The notes under the pieces: generated by a model
What the model was told of the DNA's origin: nothing
Seen by the model: the letters and a program-made list of their open reading frames with translations, nothing else
Databases searched by the model: none
Shown: piece by piece, positions 47,561 through 61,623 of the stretch
Numbering within the stretch: position 1 is the first letter of the stretch
Layout: each line of letters opens with the position of its first letter
Source of the DNA: Octopus sinensis
Lineage: Eukaryota
DNA length: 64,000 nt
Reading direction: 5' to 3'
Assembly: GCF_006345805.1 (NCBI RefSeq)
Contig: NC_042999.1
Coordinates: 16,244,001 to 16,308,000 of the forward strand
Translations under genes and position numbers: made by a program

Positions 47561-49607
47561 CTAACCAATGAGCCCTGCACATTCATCACTGGGGTCTTAG
47601 TGATACAAACAGGAATTTCAACAATGTTTCGCGGTCTGCTACCACAACAGTTCCTTTATAGGATCCAGTTAGCTCAAGACATCATCAGGAGGAACCACGT
47701 CCGATTTCTGCCCCTACTCCTCTACCGTTTTGACCAAAACCGGTGAGCCCTGCACCCTAACCAGAGAGCCATGCACGTTCATCACTGGGTTCTTAGTGTT
47801 AAAAACAAAGTCTATCACAAATTAGGAAAATGATCCAAAAGGACATGTTGGATAAGAATCTGAATGCAGATGCAACACATTTTTGTTAATTCTTTTAAAT
47901 ATTCAGTCAACTTCAACTAATGCTATAACATAGCTCAATATTACTTTGCTGATAGTTTTGAAGTTAACTCTTCAGTTCATCTTCAACTGAACTTCAAAAG
48001 ATTCCTCACTTTCAAATAATCCAGTTGACTACTTGAAAAAAAAAATACTGATTCCACTGGAGACAGATATAAATGCATATTTATATTCATAATATACATA
48101 CATATATATACACATATATACATGTAAATGCATGTATTATAATGTAATAGTTATAAAGTATATTAATTCCTTAGCATTGAGATTTTTCCGTCAAATGTAA
48201 TGCTTTTAAATTTACATTACATTCGTGGCCGTTGCCAGCCTCGCCTGGCCCCCGTGCTAGTGGCACGTAAAAGCACCATCCGTTTGTGGCTGTTTGCCAG
48301 CTCCGTCTGGCACCTGTGCGGGTGGCACGTAAAAAGCACCCACTACACTCACGGAGTGGTTGGCGTTAGGAAGGGCATCCAGCTGTAGAAACACTGCCAG
48401 ATCAGACTGGGCCTGATGCAGCCTTCTGGCTTCACAGACCCCAGTTGAACCGTCCAACCCATGCTAGCATGGAAAGCAGACGCTAAATGATGATGATGAT
48501 GATGATGATGATTGTTTTAATTAATCATACATTATTTTGTAGCTCCGAACTTTTGATGATATAATTGTGTATTTTTAGAATGACATTGAAGGGTAGGTGT
48601 GATGGGCTGGATCTGACTGGTTTGTACATAAAACAGGTAACACATTTGGATTTGATATGTCCTTAAAAACTAAATAGCTAAAATCTATTTTGCATAGAAT
48701 ATGTGATAGAGGACTCAATATATCAAGTGAGTGCATAAATATAGTTATTATAGTAGAGAATAAAGGAGGAAGAGTGAGAGAGAGGGAACGGTGAAGAGGA
48801 CAGGAGAAGATTAAGGAAAGGTGGGAGAGAAAACCAGATAGGATGAAGAACAAGAGAGTAAGAAAGATAGACAGAGAAGAGATAGTAGAGATAGAAGAGG
48901 TGCGCATCGTAATTATTAAGATCATATAATAATATAAATAATATAAATAATATAAATAATACATAGATATATAATCTATATATATACATACACACATATA
49001 TACACATACATATATACATCCATATGTTACACACACACACATATATATACACACACATACATACATACATACAGACAGACATACATATATATGTATCCCA
49101 TGCTAGCATGGAAAGCGGACGTTAAACGATGCATGTATATATATATATATATATATGTATTTATATATGTATATACATACACACATACACACATACATAC
49201 ATACATACATAAAAAAAATAAAAGACCCCCCTTCGGTCATGAATGACCATGGGATTGCACCTAGAAAGTTACCCTCCTACCTAGACACAGTCCGGGCAAG
49301 GTTGTTTATGGAAGACCAGCAGTCGCCCATGTATACCAGCCTCCCCTCTCCACACCACCAGTGTTATCCAAGGGAAAGACAAAGGTCGATACAGCTTGGC
49401 ACCAGTGACGTCGCAACTCATTTCTACAGCTGAGTGAACTGGAGCAACGTGAAATAAAGTGCCTTTCTCAAGAACACATATATATATAATATATATATAT
49501 ATATATGCCTACATACATATATATATGTATATATAAATATAAAAATGGAATAAAAGCACAATAGAGGGCATTAAAATGTTCGGACAGATAGACAAGAGAA
49601 ACAACAA

Positions 49608-49800
49608 TTAGGAAGTGGAGGTTCGTTTTTCATGGGTCTGTAAATAAAATTTGAGCCCAGCAAAAGAAAGGCAAGGTCTGTCACAAACTGTGCACACAAA
49701 AAGGTCACAAAGATTCACATTCTCCATTGCAACATTCTTCTTTAAATCTTTCTTGAATCTTGCATGTGTCATCCTGGCCTCCTCAAAAGCTTTCACTACA
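49608..49800 (-). mobile_element. RTE (BovB/Expander-like) ORF C-terminal zinc-finger remnant
   Basis: VKAFEEARMTHARFKKDLKK...CTVCDRPCLSFAGLKFYLQTH. Confidence 0.72.
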
Positions 49801-50049
49801 CACACACACACACACATGAGACTGTGAACTAGTGGTACACACATTTTCTTGATGTAGTGTATCAAAGATTACAGTCTTCCTAATTCATTCCTCCACTTCA
49901 GTCACATGCCATACTCCTAAGTAAAATATAATTTCTAATTGCATGTAATTAGTCACTGAGCACTTCCAATGGCTTATAATTTACTTAGATGCTTTCTGTT
50001 GGGTTCTTGTGAGTCAAGTGAATATTAGCATACGTTGATGTCACTGATG

Positions 50050-50487
50050 TGTGTGTGTGTGGTGTGTGGTGTATGAGTATGCATACGCATGTGAAAATGT
50101 GTGTGTATGTATGCATATGTATGTATAAATGTATATGTGTTTGTGTGTATATAAATTTATACATATATCTGTGTAAGTGTATATATATATATATATATAT
50201 GCGTGTGTTTGTGTGTGTGTGTATAATTAAGTATATATACCTGTGTCTATGTATCTGCATAAATGAGTTTGTATGTGTGTATATATATATGCAAATATAT
50301 AACTATGTGTGTGTATATATTATATATATGTGCATGTGTGTATGCATACTTACACACATACACACCCAGACATGTACACACAGACAAATATATATGTATA
50401 TCTTTGTATGTGTATATATATGTGTGTGTGTATACCTAAGTATATATACTTGTATCTGTGTCTGCATAAATGAGTTTGTGTGTATGC

Positions 50488-50545
<58 letters not shown>

Positions 50546-50740
50546 ATATATATATATATATACACACACATATATATGCACATATATAACTATGTGTGTG
50601 TATATATTATATATGTTGTGTATATGTATATATATATTCACATATATAACTATGTGTGTGTTTATATTATATATATGTGTGTATGTATGCATACTTACAC
50701 ACATACACACACAGACATGCACACATATAGACATATACAT
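50050..50740. repeat. Compound TA/TG/TATC microsatellite with internal duplication
   Basis: Direct reading; ATATATAACTATGTGTGTG recurs three times. Confidence 0.9.
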
Positions 50741-51729
50741 ATATCTCATCCAAGTACTTGTTTGTTCATTCAGCATCTCTGTTTTCCATGCAGGTATGGT
50801 GTGGATGAGAATTGATTTGTTAAGCTTAAAACAGTGTCACTTAACAAATTGCAGTCATAGCAGATACCGGTGTCATGCAAATGGCACCTATTATGGTGGC
50901 CCATATAAGCACCCATTACACTCTTAGAATGGTTGGGATTAGGAAGGGCATTCGGCCATAGAAAACCATGTCAAATCAGACTGGAGCCTGGTGCAGCCTT
51001 CCAGCATGCCATTCAGTCAAACCTATTTCTTTATTACCCACAAGAGGCTAAACACAGAGGGGACAAACAAGGATAGACATAGGTATTAAGTCGATTACAT
51101 CGACCTCAGTGTGTAACTGGTACTTAATTTATCGACCCCGAAAGGATGAAAGGTAAAGTCAACCTCGGCAGAATTTGAACTCACAACGTAACGCAGACGA
51201 AATACCGCTAAGCATTTTGCCAGGCGTGCTAACGTTTCTGCCAGTTCACCGCCTTGTCAAACCGTACAACCCATGCCACCATGAACAATGGACGTTAAAT
51301 GATGATGATGATGATGATATATATATATATGTGTGTGTATGTACATTTATAGGAGTCAGGAGATTATTATAGACTGACCTAGATTGAGAATAGAAAATAT
51401 TTGCCCAATGTGTCATTAAGTAGAATTGAACACTAAACTAAAATTTCTCAACCACATAACCCTGTCTGTATCTGTATCTGTATACCACCACCACACCATC
51501 ACCATCACCATCACCACCACCACCACCATCATCATCATCACTGTATATGTTTATATATATATATTTATAATTATACCATACATATATATTATATCATACC
51601 TTGATACTGTGTGGACTAAGATCCCCGCTGGTATTTATAAAGTGTTAGACATTTTCAGTATGCAAATTAGGAACCCCTTCATGCATTTGTTGAATATACA
51701 AACAGTTACACACACACACACACACACAT

Positions 51730-51770
<41 letters not shown>

Positions 51771-52589
51771 CAACTCCAGCCACCACCACCATGGTCACTA
51801 CTACTACGACCAACAGTCACTGCTGCTACTGCTATTTCGGCCACTGGTCATTTCCCAAACTTTAGTCAACACACAAGACAGCTATTATGCTCTCCCCAAC
51901 AAAGAACCACCACGTGGATTCTGTTGAGACCAGTAAGAAACAATTATGAACTTTTTTATTACACTTAACTATTAAAAATATTTTTGATAAGGTTCGTTTT
52001 TTCAAGAAGAACCGAAACATGTAAAATTTCTAAGAAAATTAAAATTTATCTTATATAGTGGCATTTTCAAACTTCTTTTTTATAAATATACATACATATA
52101 TATATATAAACCATAGAAATGTATACACACACACACACACACACACATACACACACATATATATATAATATATATATATACATACATCATGCTAGCATGG
52201 AAAGCGGACGTTAAACGATGATGATGATATATATATATATATATATACATACATATACATATATATATATATATATATATACATTTCTATGGTTTATATA
52301 AATCTCTATTTCTAAATAGTTTACAAAAAACCTCACACCACTGCAACATTATTTGCTAATCAAAAATGATCACCATCGCTGATCTCAGATTCCACTTAAC
52401 ATGTTATTCTTATAATTCTGGAGTGTTAAACAGGATGGTTTTTGGCAATACTATAATAACATACTATGAAATGTGTGCAAATGGTTCTACATGTATATTT
52501 GTGTAGTGGTTGATGTATCCTCTTGACTGTGTGTTTATATATTCTATATTTCTCTGTTCCCCTTCATCCCATCCTTCTAACTCTCACTG

Positions 52590-52760
52590 TCCATACATTA
52601 ATACATATATATATATATACACACACACACACAATCATACATATGTATATATCTATGCATATACAAATGTGTGTAATACACACACACATGCACAACTATA
52701 CGTACTAACAATCACATATGTATATATCTATGCATATTATATATATATATATACTATGTA

Positions 52761-52817
<57 letters not shown>

Positions 52818-53030
52818 TATATATACACATATATATATCTACATATATACATTCATATATATATATATATATAATACATATTATAACATTCATACAGATA
52901 TTCACAGAGAGGTGGTTTTAAATGGTGTATATATGTATGTATGTATGTATGTATATATATATATATGCATATATATACTCATATATATATATACACATCA
53001 CACATATATATACACATACACATACATACA

Positions 53031-53071
<41 letters not shown>

Positions 53072-53689
53072 TCATACAGATATTCACATGGAGAGAGTTT
53101 TAAATGGGGTATGTATGTATATATGTATATATATATATAATATGATGATATATATATAATATTATATATATATATATTATATATACACACACATACATAA
53201 GCACATGGGTGTATCTGTGTATGTGTGTGTTTGTATTACTTATTTATATACATATGTTCATACCCCCACCAACCTAACATTTTTAAATGTATACAGTTAC
53301 ATATGTGCATATATACACAATATATACACACATCTTATCTTCCCGTCTGTAAGTGTAAGATTTTTTCCATTTACATATATCTGCCTGAGGTATATATTTA
53401 GAAACTAACTGGCTCCAAACTACACAAATTACTTCCCTATTATATGTAATAATAAATAATTATCTGCAATAATCTTACTGATGTAACCCCGAGCTGGATA
53501 TCTGGCTGCACAGCTCTCAGTTCTGGTGACTTACAGGCTGGTTTGCTGGCTTGCTGGCTGTCTGTCCGTCCGGTTAGTTGGCTTGCTCGCTGGAATTATA
53601 CATTTGCTATCAACTTCCTCCGAAGGAACAAGCTATGATCCTTCATTATAGATAACATTCATGCATTGGTGCATACACATACACCCCCA

Positions 53690-53728
<39 letters not shown>

Positions 53729-53766
53729 TATGTATGTATATATATGTATATATGTGAGTGTATGTG

Positions 53767-53801
<35 letters not shown>

Positions 53802-53928
53802 TGGGGGTGTATGTGTATGCCCCAATGTTATCTATCTATCTAGCTACCTATCTATATATCTATCTATCTATCTATCTATATATATATATATGTGTGTGTA
53901 TGTGTGTATATATATGTATGTATATGTG

Positions 53929-53977
<49 letters not shown>

Positions 53978-54043
53978 GTGTGTATATATATATATAATAT
54001 ATATATATATGGTGGTGGGGTATGTGTATGCACCAATGTTATC

Positions 54044-54074
<31 letters not shown>

Positions 54075-54270
54075 GTACATATGTGTCTCTGTGTGTATAT
54101 ATATGTATGTATATGTATATATATATATGGTGGGGTGTATGTGTATGCACCAATATTATCTATATGTGTATATATATATGTATATATGTGTGTGTGTGTA
54201 TATAAATGTATGTATATGTATATATATTTATATTATGTATGTGTGTGTATTTTTATGTATATATATATTA
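52590..54270. repeat. Compound TA/CA/TG microsatellite fields with higher-order repeats
   Basis: Direct reading; two fields, 52590-53180 and 53660-54270. Confidence 0.85.
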
Positions 54271-55254
54271 TATATAGAGTTATTACTGCTTTGTGTTTTT
54301 ATTACATAAATTGTGTATCTATGCAATCCAAATGTACTCTAATAATCATGGTTTTTGCTTATATTAGTGAAAACCATTTTATATCCCGGTGATGTTATTT
54401 GAGTTAATTAAAGATAATCACGTTCAAAAACACATCCCGAATAGCGAAACATTGCCAAGTTTAATGAAACTAAACTATTCTGTTCTATGTATATATGCAT
54501 TTACTTCTATTTATTTATCATTATCATTTTCTATTTTAAAAAAATTTTCTTTTCCACCCCCCATCTCCAATTTTCTCAGATTTAGATTTCAACAGATGTA
54601 AAATTTCTCTCAAATTCACAAACCAGACCATATTCCATCACTGCACTTATTTAAGTCTTTCCTCTCACTAGCGTTTTCCTGATAATGAAAGTAGACTATG
54701 TATGTTTGTTTTCACTTCAACTTCATATCCTTTCATTTGACATAAACTTCCTGTAATGATAGGCCTTGTGTAGGTATGTGTATATGGAGTAATAAGTATT
54801 TCTGCGTAGGTGCTTATTTGCAGTTATTGTGTTAGCGGGCGTTGCTAATCCTTGAGAAAGATTATTACTGAAAACAGAAAAAAAAGTGTGTTAAATGGTG
54901 ATATAAACATTTGTTCCTGTATTACATTAACAATATGTAGTAAATGCCAAATGTTATAACTTCTGTAACAGTTACTAAAAGAGGGCCATCTGTGTTGACA
55001 ACCAGGTGTAAAGTGTGTAAGATTTTTGTTTATTTGAACCAGGGGTCAGTTTTTGAGTATTAAGTGATATGTTTGCCATTATTCATACCAAAGGGGCCAA
55101 TGAGTATTTTTATGGTTAAGTCCAGACGAAGAATGAGAAGTAGGGAAAAATTTTGGTAAATTGGAATTTAAAAAGATAATGAAAAAAAGAAAAAAATCGT
55201 ACTGGTTTGACATGATTCTGGGTGGAAGCATCACGTAGGCACTGATGCAAAGCT

Positions 55255-55313
55255 AGTACTGGCACCATCGCCACCACCATCGCCTGTAGCAGTAGCAGCA
55301 GCAAGAACAGTAA

Positions 55314-55344
<31 letters not shown>

Positions 55345-55870
55345 AACAACAAAATTGGTAACAGGATCACTACTACCACTACCACTGGCACCATCATCAA
55401 CACCGCCATCACCACCACCACCACCACTAACAACAACAACAACAACAACAAAATACCATTGCCTGTACAACTAGAACCGCCAACCACCAACTACCACCAC
55501 CACCACCACTATGACCATCACCATCACCACCACCACAACCAGCAGCAGTAGCACCAGCACTACCAGCAGCAGCACCACCACAACCACTACAACCACCACC
55601 AGCAGCAACAACAACAACAAAATACCATTGCCAGTGCAACCAGAACCACCAACCACCAACTACCACTATGACCATCACCATCATCACCACCACAACCACC
55701 ACCACCACCACACCACCAGCAACAACAACAACAAAATACCATTGTCAGTACAATCAGAATCACCAACTACCAACTACCACCACCACCACCATCACCATGA
55801 CCATCACCACCACCACCACCAGCACCACCCGTACCACCACCAGCACCACCAGCACCACAATCACCGAATG
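55255..55870. repeat. Compound (CAC)n/(CAA)n/(CAG)n trinucleotide repeat with ~85-130-bp superperiod
   Basis: AACAACAACAAAATACCATTG recurs at about 55440, 55612 and 55730. Confidence 0.9.
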
Positions 55871-56879
55871 CCCATCATAATCTGAACATCATTAGTTTAT
55901 TGCTATAATAAAATCTGTCAGAACATCGTTTTCTTGAAAAACTTTATTCTTCTTTTGTAAAACTAATAATTTTTACAGTACTATTGAACTCGCAAAAGCA
56001 ACGCCACTACTTCTTCCTCGGCATCAACTAGCAACCATCAACAGTCGCCGTTCCATTTTCACTCGTAACAAACATCATTACCCACAATCACCACCATCAT
56101 CAAGTTCTTGCCATCAATCACCAATAATATTATCAAAGTAACTAAGTTTGCAAACTTGTCAGTTGCTGTCATTTTCTTATCTTTTCAATTGTAAAGCTTA
56201 TGTAATCTCTAAGTGCTCATCCTAAAATGTTTTCCCTTATCCTGTCATCTGTCATGAGCATCTTTTCTTAAATTTGCTCTTAAAAATTACTTGTAAAAGT
56301 ATTTAAATGGAAATCTGGAAAGAACCAGCATCTGAAATTAAACATTTGTTCACTTGCTTGCTGTTGCTTAGAAATGCGTAGCCGTATTGTCTTAAAGCCG
56401 TGTAACATGCTAAGTTATTATTACAAGTATAAGGGACTCTAAATTGACATCTACCGGAAATGTTTCTTAAAGTATATAAAATTGTTCGGTCTCTAAGATG
56501 CATTTTATGATTTTCTGAGAAAAATTAACATTAAATTTGACAATGATAATCCTTTTATATATCTTCTCTACATGTTTATTTTAGACTGGTAAAATTTCTT
56601 AACTCTTTCCATTTAAAATGTGTTTTATATATAATTTATATATTTTGACAATAGAGAAAATAAATCTGTGCTTTTTACCCCAGAAGTCCCCATGGTAGTT
56701 AAATCAAAGACACAAATTGACAAACCAACCATTGAATTTTGACTAATATTGTTGTCATAACTAAAACTGAATTTAACACAAATTAAATCCTTTAAAAATA
56801 CCATGCATCCCCAAAAGTCACTTACACTACCCCTGATATGCCTATGCACCCTTTTATTCACTTTTCTGTCCTTTTGTAC

Positions 56880-57230
56880 TTTCGCCTTACTGGCACTTGT
56901 AACTGGCTTCCATGCCAGTGGTACATAAAAGGCACCATTTAAGTGTGATTGTTACCAGCGTCACCTTACTGGCACCTGTGCTGGTGGCATGTGTAAAAAG
57001 ATTCGAGCGAGGTTGTTGCCAGTACTGCCTGACTGGCCCCTGTGCCAGTGGCATGTAAAAAGCACCCACTACACTCTTGGAGTGGTTGGCATTAGGAAGG
57101 GCATCCAGCTGTAGAAACTCTGCCAGATCAAGATTGGAGCCTGGTGTAGCCATCTGGTTTGCCAATCCTCAGTCAAATCGTCCAACCCATTCTAGCATGG
57201 AAAGTGGATGTTAAACAATGATGATCATGA
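56880..57230 (+). mobile_element. SINE-like family C
   Basis: Family body and tail. Confidence 0.8.
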
Positions 57231-57294
57231 TGATTTTGCATGTACTTTTCTGAAGAAACTGTATCCTTCAACAATTCCATCATCATCATCGTTT

Positions 57295-58070
57295 AAAAGC
57301 AAAGTCGACCTCGGTGGTATTTGAACTCAGAACATAAAAACAGATGAAATACCACTTAGCATTTAGTCTGGTGTGCTAACACTTCTGCCAGCCTGCTGCC
57401 TTAAAATGCTATATTCTTTTCTACTCTAAGCATAAGGCCTGAAATTTTGGTGGAGGTGGTAGGGGGGCAGTCGATTAGATCAACTCCAGTACATAACTGG
57501 TACTTAATTTATCGACCCTGAAAGGATAAAAAGCAAAGTTGACCTTGGTGGAATTTGAACTCAGAACGTAAAAACAGATGAAATACCGCTAAGCATTTCA
57601 CCCAGAGTGCTAACACTTCTGCCAGCCAGCTGTCTTAAAATGCTATATTCGTTTCTACTCTAGACACAAAGCCTGAAATTTTGGGGAAAGGGATTAAGTC
57701 GATTAGATTGACCTCAGTATGCAAATGGTACTTAATTTATCAACTCCCCCAAAAGGATGAAAGGCAAAGCCAACCTCTATGGAATTTGAACTCAGAATGT
57801 AAAGACAGATGAAATACTGCTAAGCATTTCATCTGGCATGCTGACATTTCTTATTTCTTTACTGCCCACAAGGGGCTACACACAGAGCGGACAAACAAGG
57901 ACAGACAAATGGATTAAGTCGATTATATCGACCCCCAGTGCATAACTGGTACTTATTTAATCAACCCCGAAAGGATGAAAGGCAAAGTTGAACTCAGAAT
58001 GTAGTGGAAGACGAAATACCGCAAAGCATTTCGCCCAGGGTGCCGATGTTTCTGCAGGCTTGCTGCCTTA
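57295..58070 (-). mobile_element. Head-to-tail array of SINE family B (about 3.5 units)
   Basis: TTAAAATGCTATATT spacer repeated three times; stereotyped junction at about 57851. Confidence 0.85.
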
Positions 58071-58544
58071 AAATGCTATATTGCTGTTGCTATATTGGAG
58101 GCGACTATTCCCAATATGTACTGTGTATCAAATGTAAATTAAGGATGACACAAGAGATACAGTGGGAAAGTAGATGTTTCTATGCAGCAGACATGCAGGA
58201 AGAATTAGCAGTAAGAGTGCTTCTCCTAGAATAGTTTTAAGCCAAATGCCAGGAAGTCTCCAGAGAAGTATTTGATATTCAATATCTGTTTGATATCTGA
58301 TATCTAGGTGACCTAATTAAAAGCGAAAGCAGGTGTTTTGAATATAAAATAGCCAGGGTAAGATTGTGAAAAAATGTTCTGGAAACTATTAACTCTTCTG
58401 ACAAGATTTTTTTCTCTTTCTCCCAGACTCTGTCTCCTTCTCTCTCTCTCTCTGTCTTTCTGTCTCTGTCTGTCTGCCTCTCTCTCTTCTTCTCTTTCTC
58501 CCTGTCTCTGAGTGAAGGGAGTATTACATAGTGAGTGTGTATGG

Positions 58545-58845
58545 AGCAAGCTGTTGCATGATAGAGAACTATGGGCACTGAATGTAGAAAATAAGTGACA
58601 AATGAGAAGAAACGACCTGATCAAGCTCTGATGGATGCAAAATACTATTGTGCATGGTTCCCAGAACACCAGTGAGCTTAGGAATAGATTGAATACAAGG
58701 TTCAGTAAATGTAGGCTGCATGGACAAAACTGCACTGGTGTGGATCATTGATGCATATAAAAGATGGCAATCGTTATAGAAAAGCCAAATGATCTAATTG
58801 GAAGAAGTCTGTGGAAGAGGAAGAATATCAAGGGAAGAATAGAAA
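58545..58845 (+). mobile_element. Degenerate RTE-clade LINE ORF2 C-terminus
   Basis: Frameshifted (L)WALNVENK*QMRRNDL..WMQN...SELRNRL...GRGR..W, resembling ETWA...RMIRWMC...ELRERL...GRGRPRKTW. Confidence 0.6.
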
Positions 58846-59309
58846 TGGAGATCTTAGGGGACACTCTGTCGGTTATGACAATGAGGGTCCCAGTTGGTTT
58901 GATCAATGAAGCTGCCTGCCCATGAAATTAACATGTCTGAATACTCCACAGAAATGTATAGTTCTCAGGGATGGTTTGAGAAGGAACATTTAGTGGAGGT
59001 ACATAGCCTAGTGGTTAGAGCAGTGGACTTGCAGTCAAGGGATCATGGGCTTGAATCTCAGACCGGGCTATATGTGTGCTTATGATCGAAACACCTAAGC
59101 TTCATGTGACTCCAGCAGAAGGTAATGGCGAACTTTTGCTGACTCTTTTGCCACAACTTTCTCTCAATCTTTCCTCCTGCATCTTGCAGCTCACCTGCGC
59201 CGGACTGGCGTCCTGTCCAAGTGGGGAACTTATACACCAAGGAAACCAGGAAACTGGCCCTATGAGCCAGGCATGGCTCAAGAAGGAACAAACAATATAT
59301 ATATATATA

Positions 59310-59745
59310 TGACAATATTCCTATTCATTCTTAATGCATTTCAGTAGATTCAAATGCAAATATGCTAGTCACTGTTGTATCTGTCACAAGATGACGTCTC
59401 CTTTCTACAATGACAGCGTGCTTATGCCACACTCAGTCCACTGGTGCATGGGATTCTGGAACACCAGTGTTTCCTCATGTTGAGCCCTTGATCCTAAAAA
59501 AGCTTCAGGCTTTGTTAATAATTTCAGTGAACACAACTGTTTGCTAATCAGTACTTAGATCTGCCAATTGATAAAACTTTGCTGTATTGTGAGATCTGAA
59601 AGAACGATTTGCATATTTATTTTTGATATGTTCCAACGGATCCAAATACAAAATATGCTAGTCTCTGTGTTGTGTAAGTCAAAAGAGCTTCTGGTTAATG
59701 AGATGCAACATGTCGAAACACTGGTGCTCAGAATCCCTTGAACTA
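59310..59745. mobile_element. Repeat homologous to 31600-31792, with inverted hammerhead half-copies
   Basis: 59311-59485 matches 31601-31775; degenerate + strand hammerhead at 59687-59735. Confidence 0.6.
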
Positions 59746-60139
59746 ACCAGCCGAGGGTTCTATGAGCATTTCTGTCATCACAAAAAAGAGAAGTTGTAAT
59801 CCTGTGACATTCACAGTAACAATGCTGATGAAGATAATGATATTGTCAAGGAGAAGAAAAGATTGTTGAATGGGAATGTTGTGAGAAAAACATGAAAATA
59901 TTGGATGTATAACTGTTTTAGTGGTTGAGTGTAAATAAGATGTTACTGCTAACTTTTGTGTGAAGAATGGTATAAGGAAATGAGACATCATTTAACATAA
60001 ACACATTTTTTGTACTGTTGTGAGTGAAAGCAATGAGCTGCAGTGTCTCAGTCAAAATATATACAGTAATCGCATGGAGAGTTTATAGAAATTCCTGGAG
60101 TTAAATCTGCATAAGGAATAGACAACCACCATATATAAT

Positions 60140-60510
60140 TAGAGACTCTGTCAGTCATGAATGACCATGGGTGCATCTGAGAGGTTTTCCTTTGGGGTAC
60201 AAGTCTGGGCAGAAATTCACCTCACCAGCAAACACACAGTCTAGGGTTGTTTTTATGGAAGGCCAGCAGTCGCCCATGCATACCAGCCTTCCCTCTCCGT
60301 GCCACTGATGTTATCCAAGAAAAAAGCAAAGGCCGCTACAGCTTGTCACCAGTAACATCGCAACTCATTTCTACAGCTGAGTGAACTGGAACAACGTGAA
60401 ATAAAGTGTCTTGCTCAAGAACACAACACACAGCCCGACCCAGGAATCGAACTCACAACCTCACAATCATAAGCTCAACGCTCTAACCACTGAGCCATGT
60501 GCCTTCACTA
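60140..60510 (-). mobile_element. SINE family D
   Basis: Head GGCACATGGCTCAGTGGTTAGAGCG...GAGTTCGATTCC followed by TTGAGCAAGACACTTT. Confidence 0.82.
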
Positions 60511-60537
60511 TATATATATATATATATATATAGATAT

Positions 60538-60640
<103 letters not shown>

Positions 60641-60676
60641 GTATGTATATATGTATATATGTATGTATGTATGTAT

Positions 60677-60990
60677 GTAGCTCTATGGAGAACTTGTGAA
60701 TGGAAGGAGACTCCGGCAGAAACCAAGGCTACGATTTAAGGACTGTGTCAAGTCCTCATTAAAGGCCTGTGATATGGGAGAACAATGCCTGTTATTGCCA
60801 CAGATGGAGGAAGCAGGTTAAGGAGGGGACTGACACTTTTGAGAGAGCACGTATCCAGCATGAAGAACTTAAGTGAGCTGTGCGAAGGCGCACAGCTCGT
60901 AAAGTGAATGGGGAAAGCTTGGTCTGCAATGTTTGCAGTCGTGTATGCTTGTCAAGAGCAGGGCTCATTAGCCACCAATGGAGCTGCAAA
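60677..60990 (+). mobile_element. RTE (BovB/Expander-like) ORF C-terminus
   Basis: [30 protein letters not shown]...RWRKQVKEGTDTFERARIQHEELK*AVRRR...CNVCSRVCLSRAGLISHQWSC. Confidence 0.85.
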
Positions 60991-61491
60991 TGAAAAATAT
61001 AAGTTAGTCCTAGAGCGCACAATGTTCCTGAATGTCAGCAAGGGTCTTCCTCGGTCACAAGTGGATGGCCATCATGTATGTACATATGTATGCACACACA
61101 CATGCATATGTACACTCACACACATACACATATATAGAGAAAGGCAAGAGAAAGCGAGAGAGGTATAAATGTTTGTTTTTATGTTGAGTTATAATAAAAA
61201 TGATTTAACATTAATCTGATGGGTTCTGTACAATTGTAGAGTACAAATTTATCATTCCTAAATAAGAATATTCTTTTCTACTCTAGGCACAAGGCCCGTA
61301 ATTTCAGGGGAGTGGGCCAGTTGATAAGGTTGCCGCCAGTCGAACAAATCAACCTCTGGACTTATTCCTTTCAAGCCTAGTACTTAGTATGTAAATTTCT
61401 TTTGCTGGATCACCAAGTTATGGGGACATAAACACACCAACATTGTCAGGTGATGGTGGGGAGACAAACATACGCACAGAAATACATACGC

Positions 61492-61548
<57 letters not shown>

Positions 61549-61562
61549 TTACATATATATAC

Positions 61563-61623
<61 letters not shown>

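Noticed and set aside
56303-56515. Open frame after a minus-strand acceptor (MHLRDRTILYTLRNISGRCQF...)
   Set aside because: No recognisable domain, weak donor and no supporting neighbouring exons.
59818-59860. CTGATGA followed by a GATAA/TTGTC hairpin
   Set aside because: No GAAA or NUH and no stem I.
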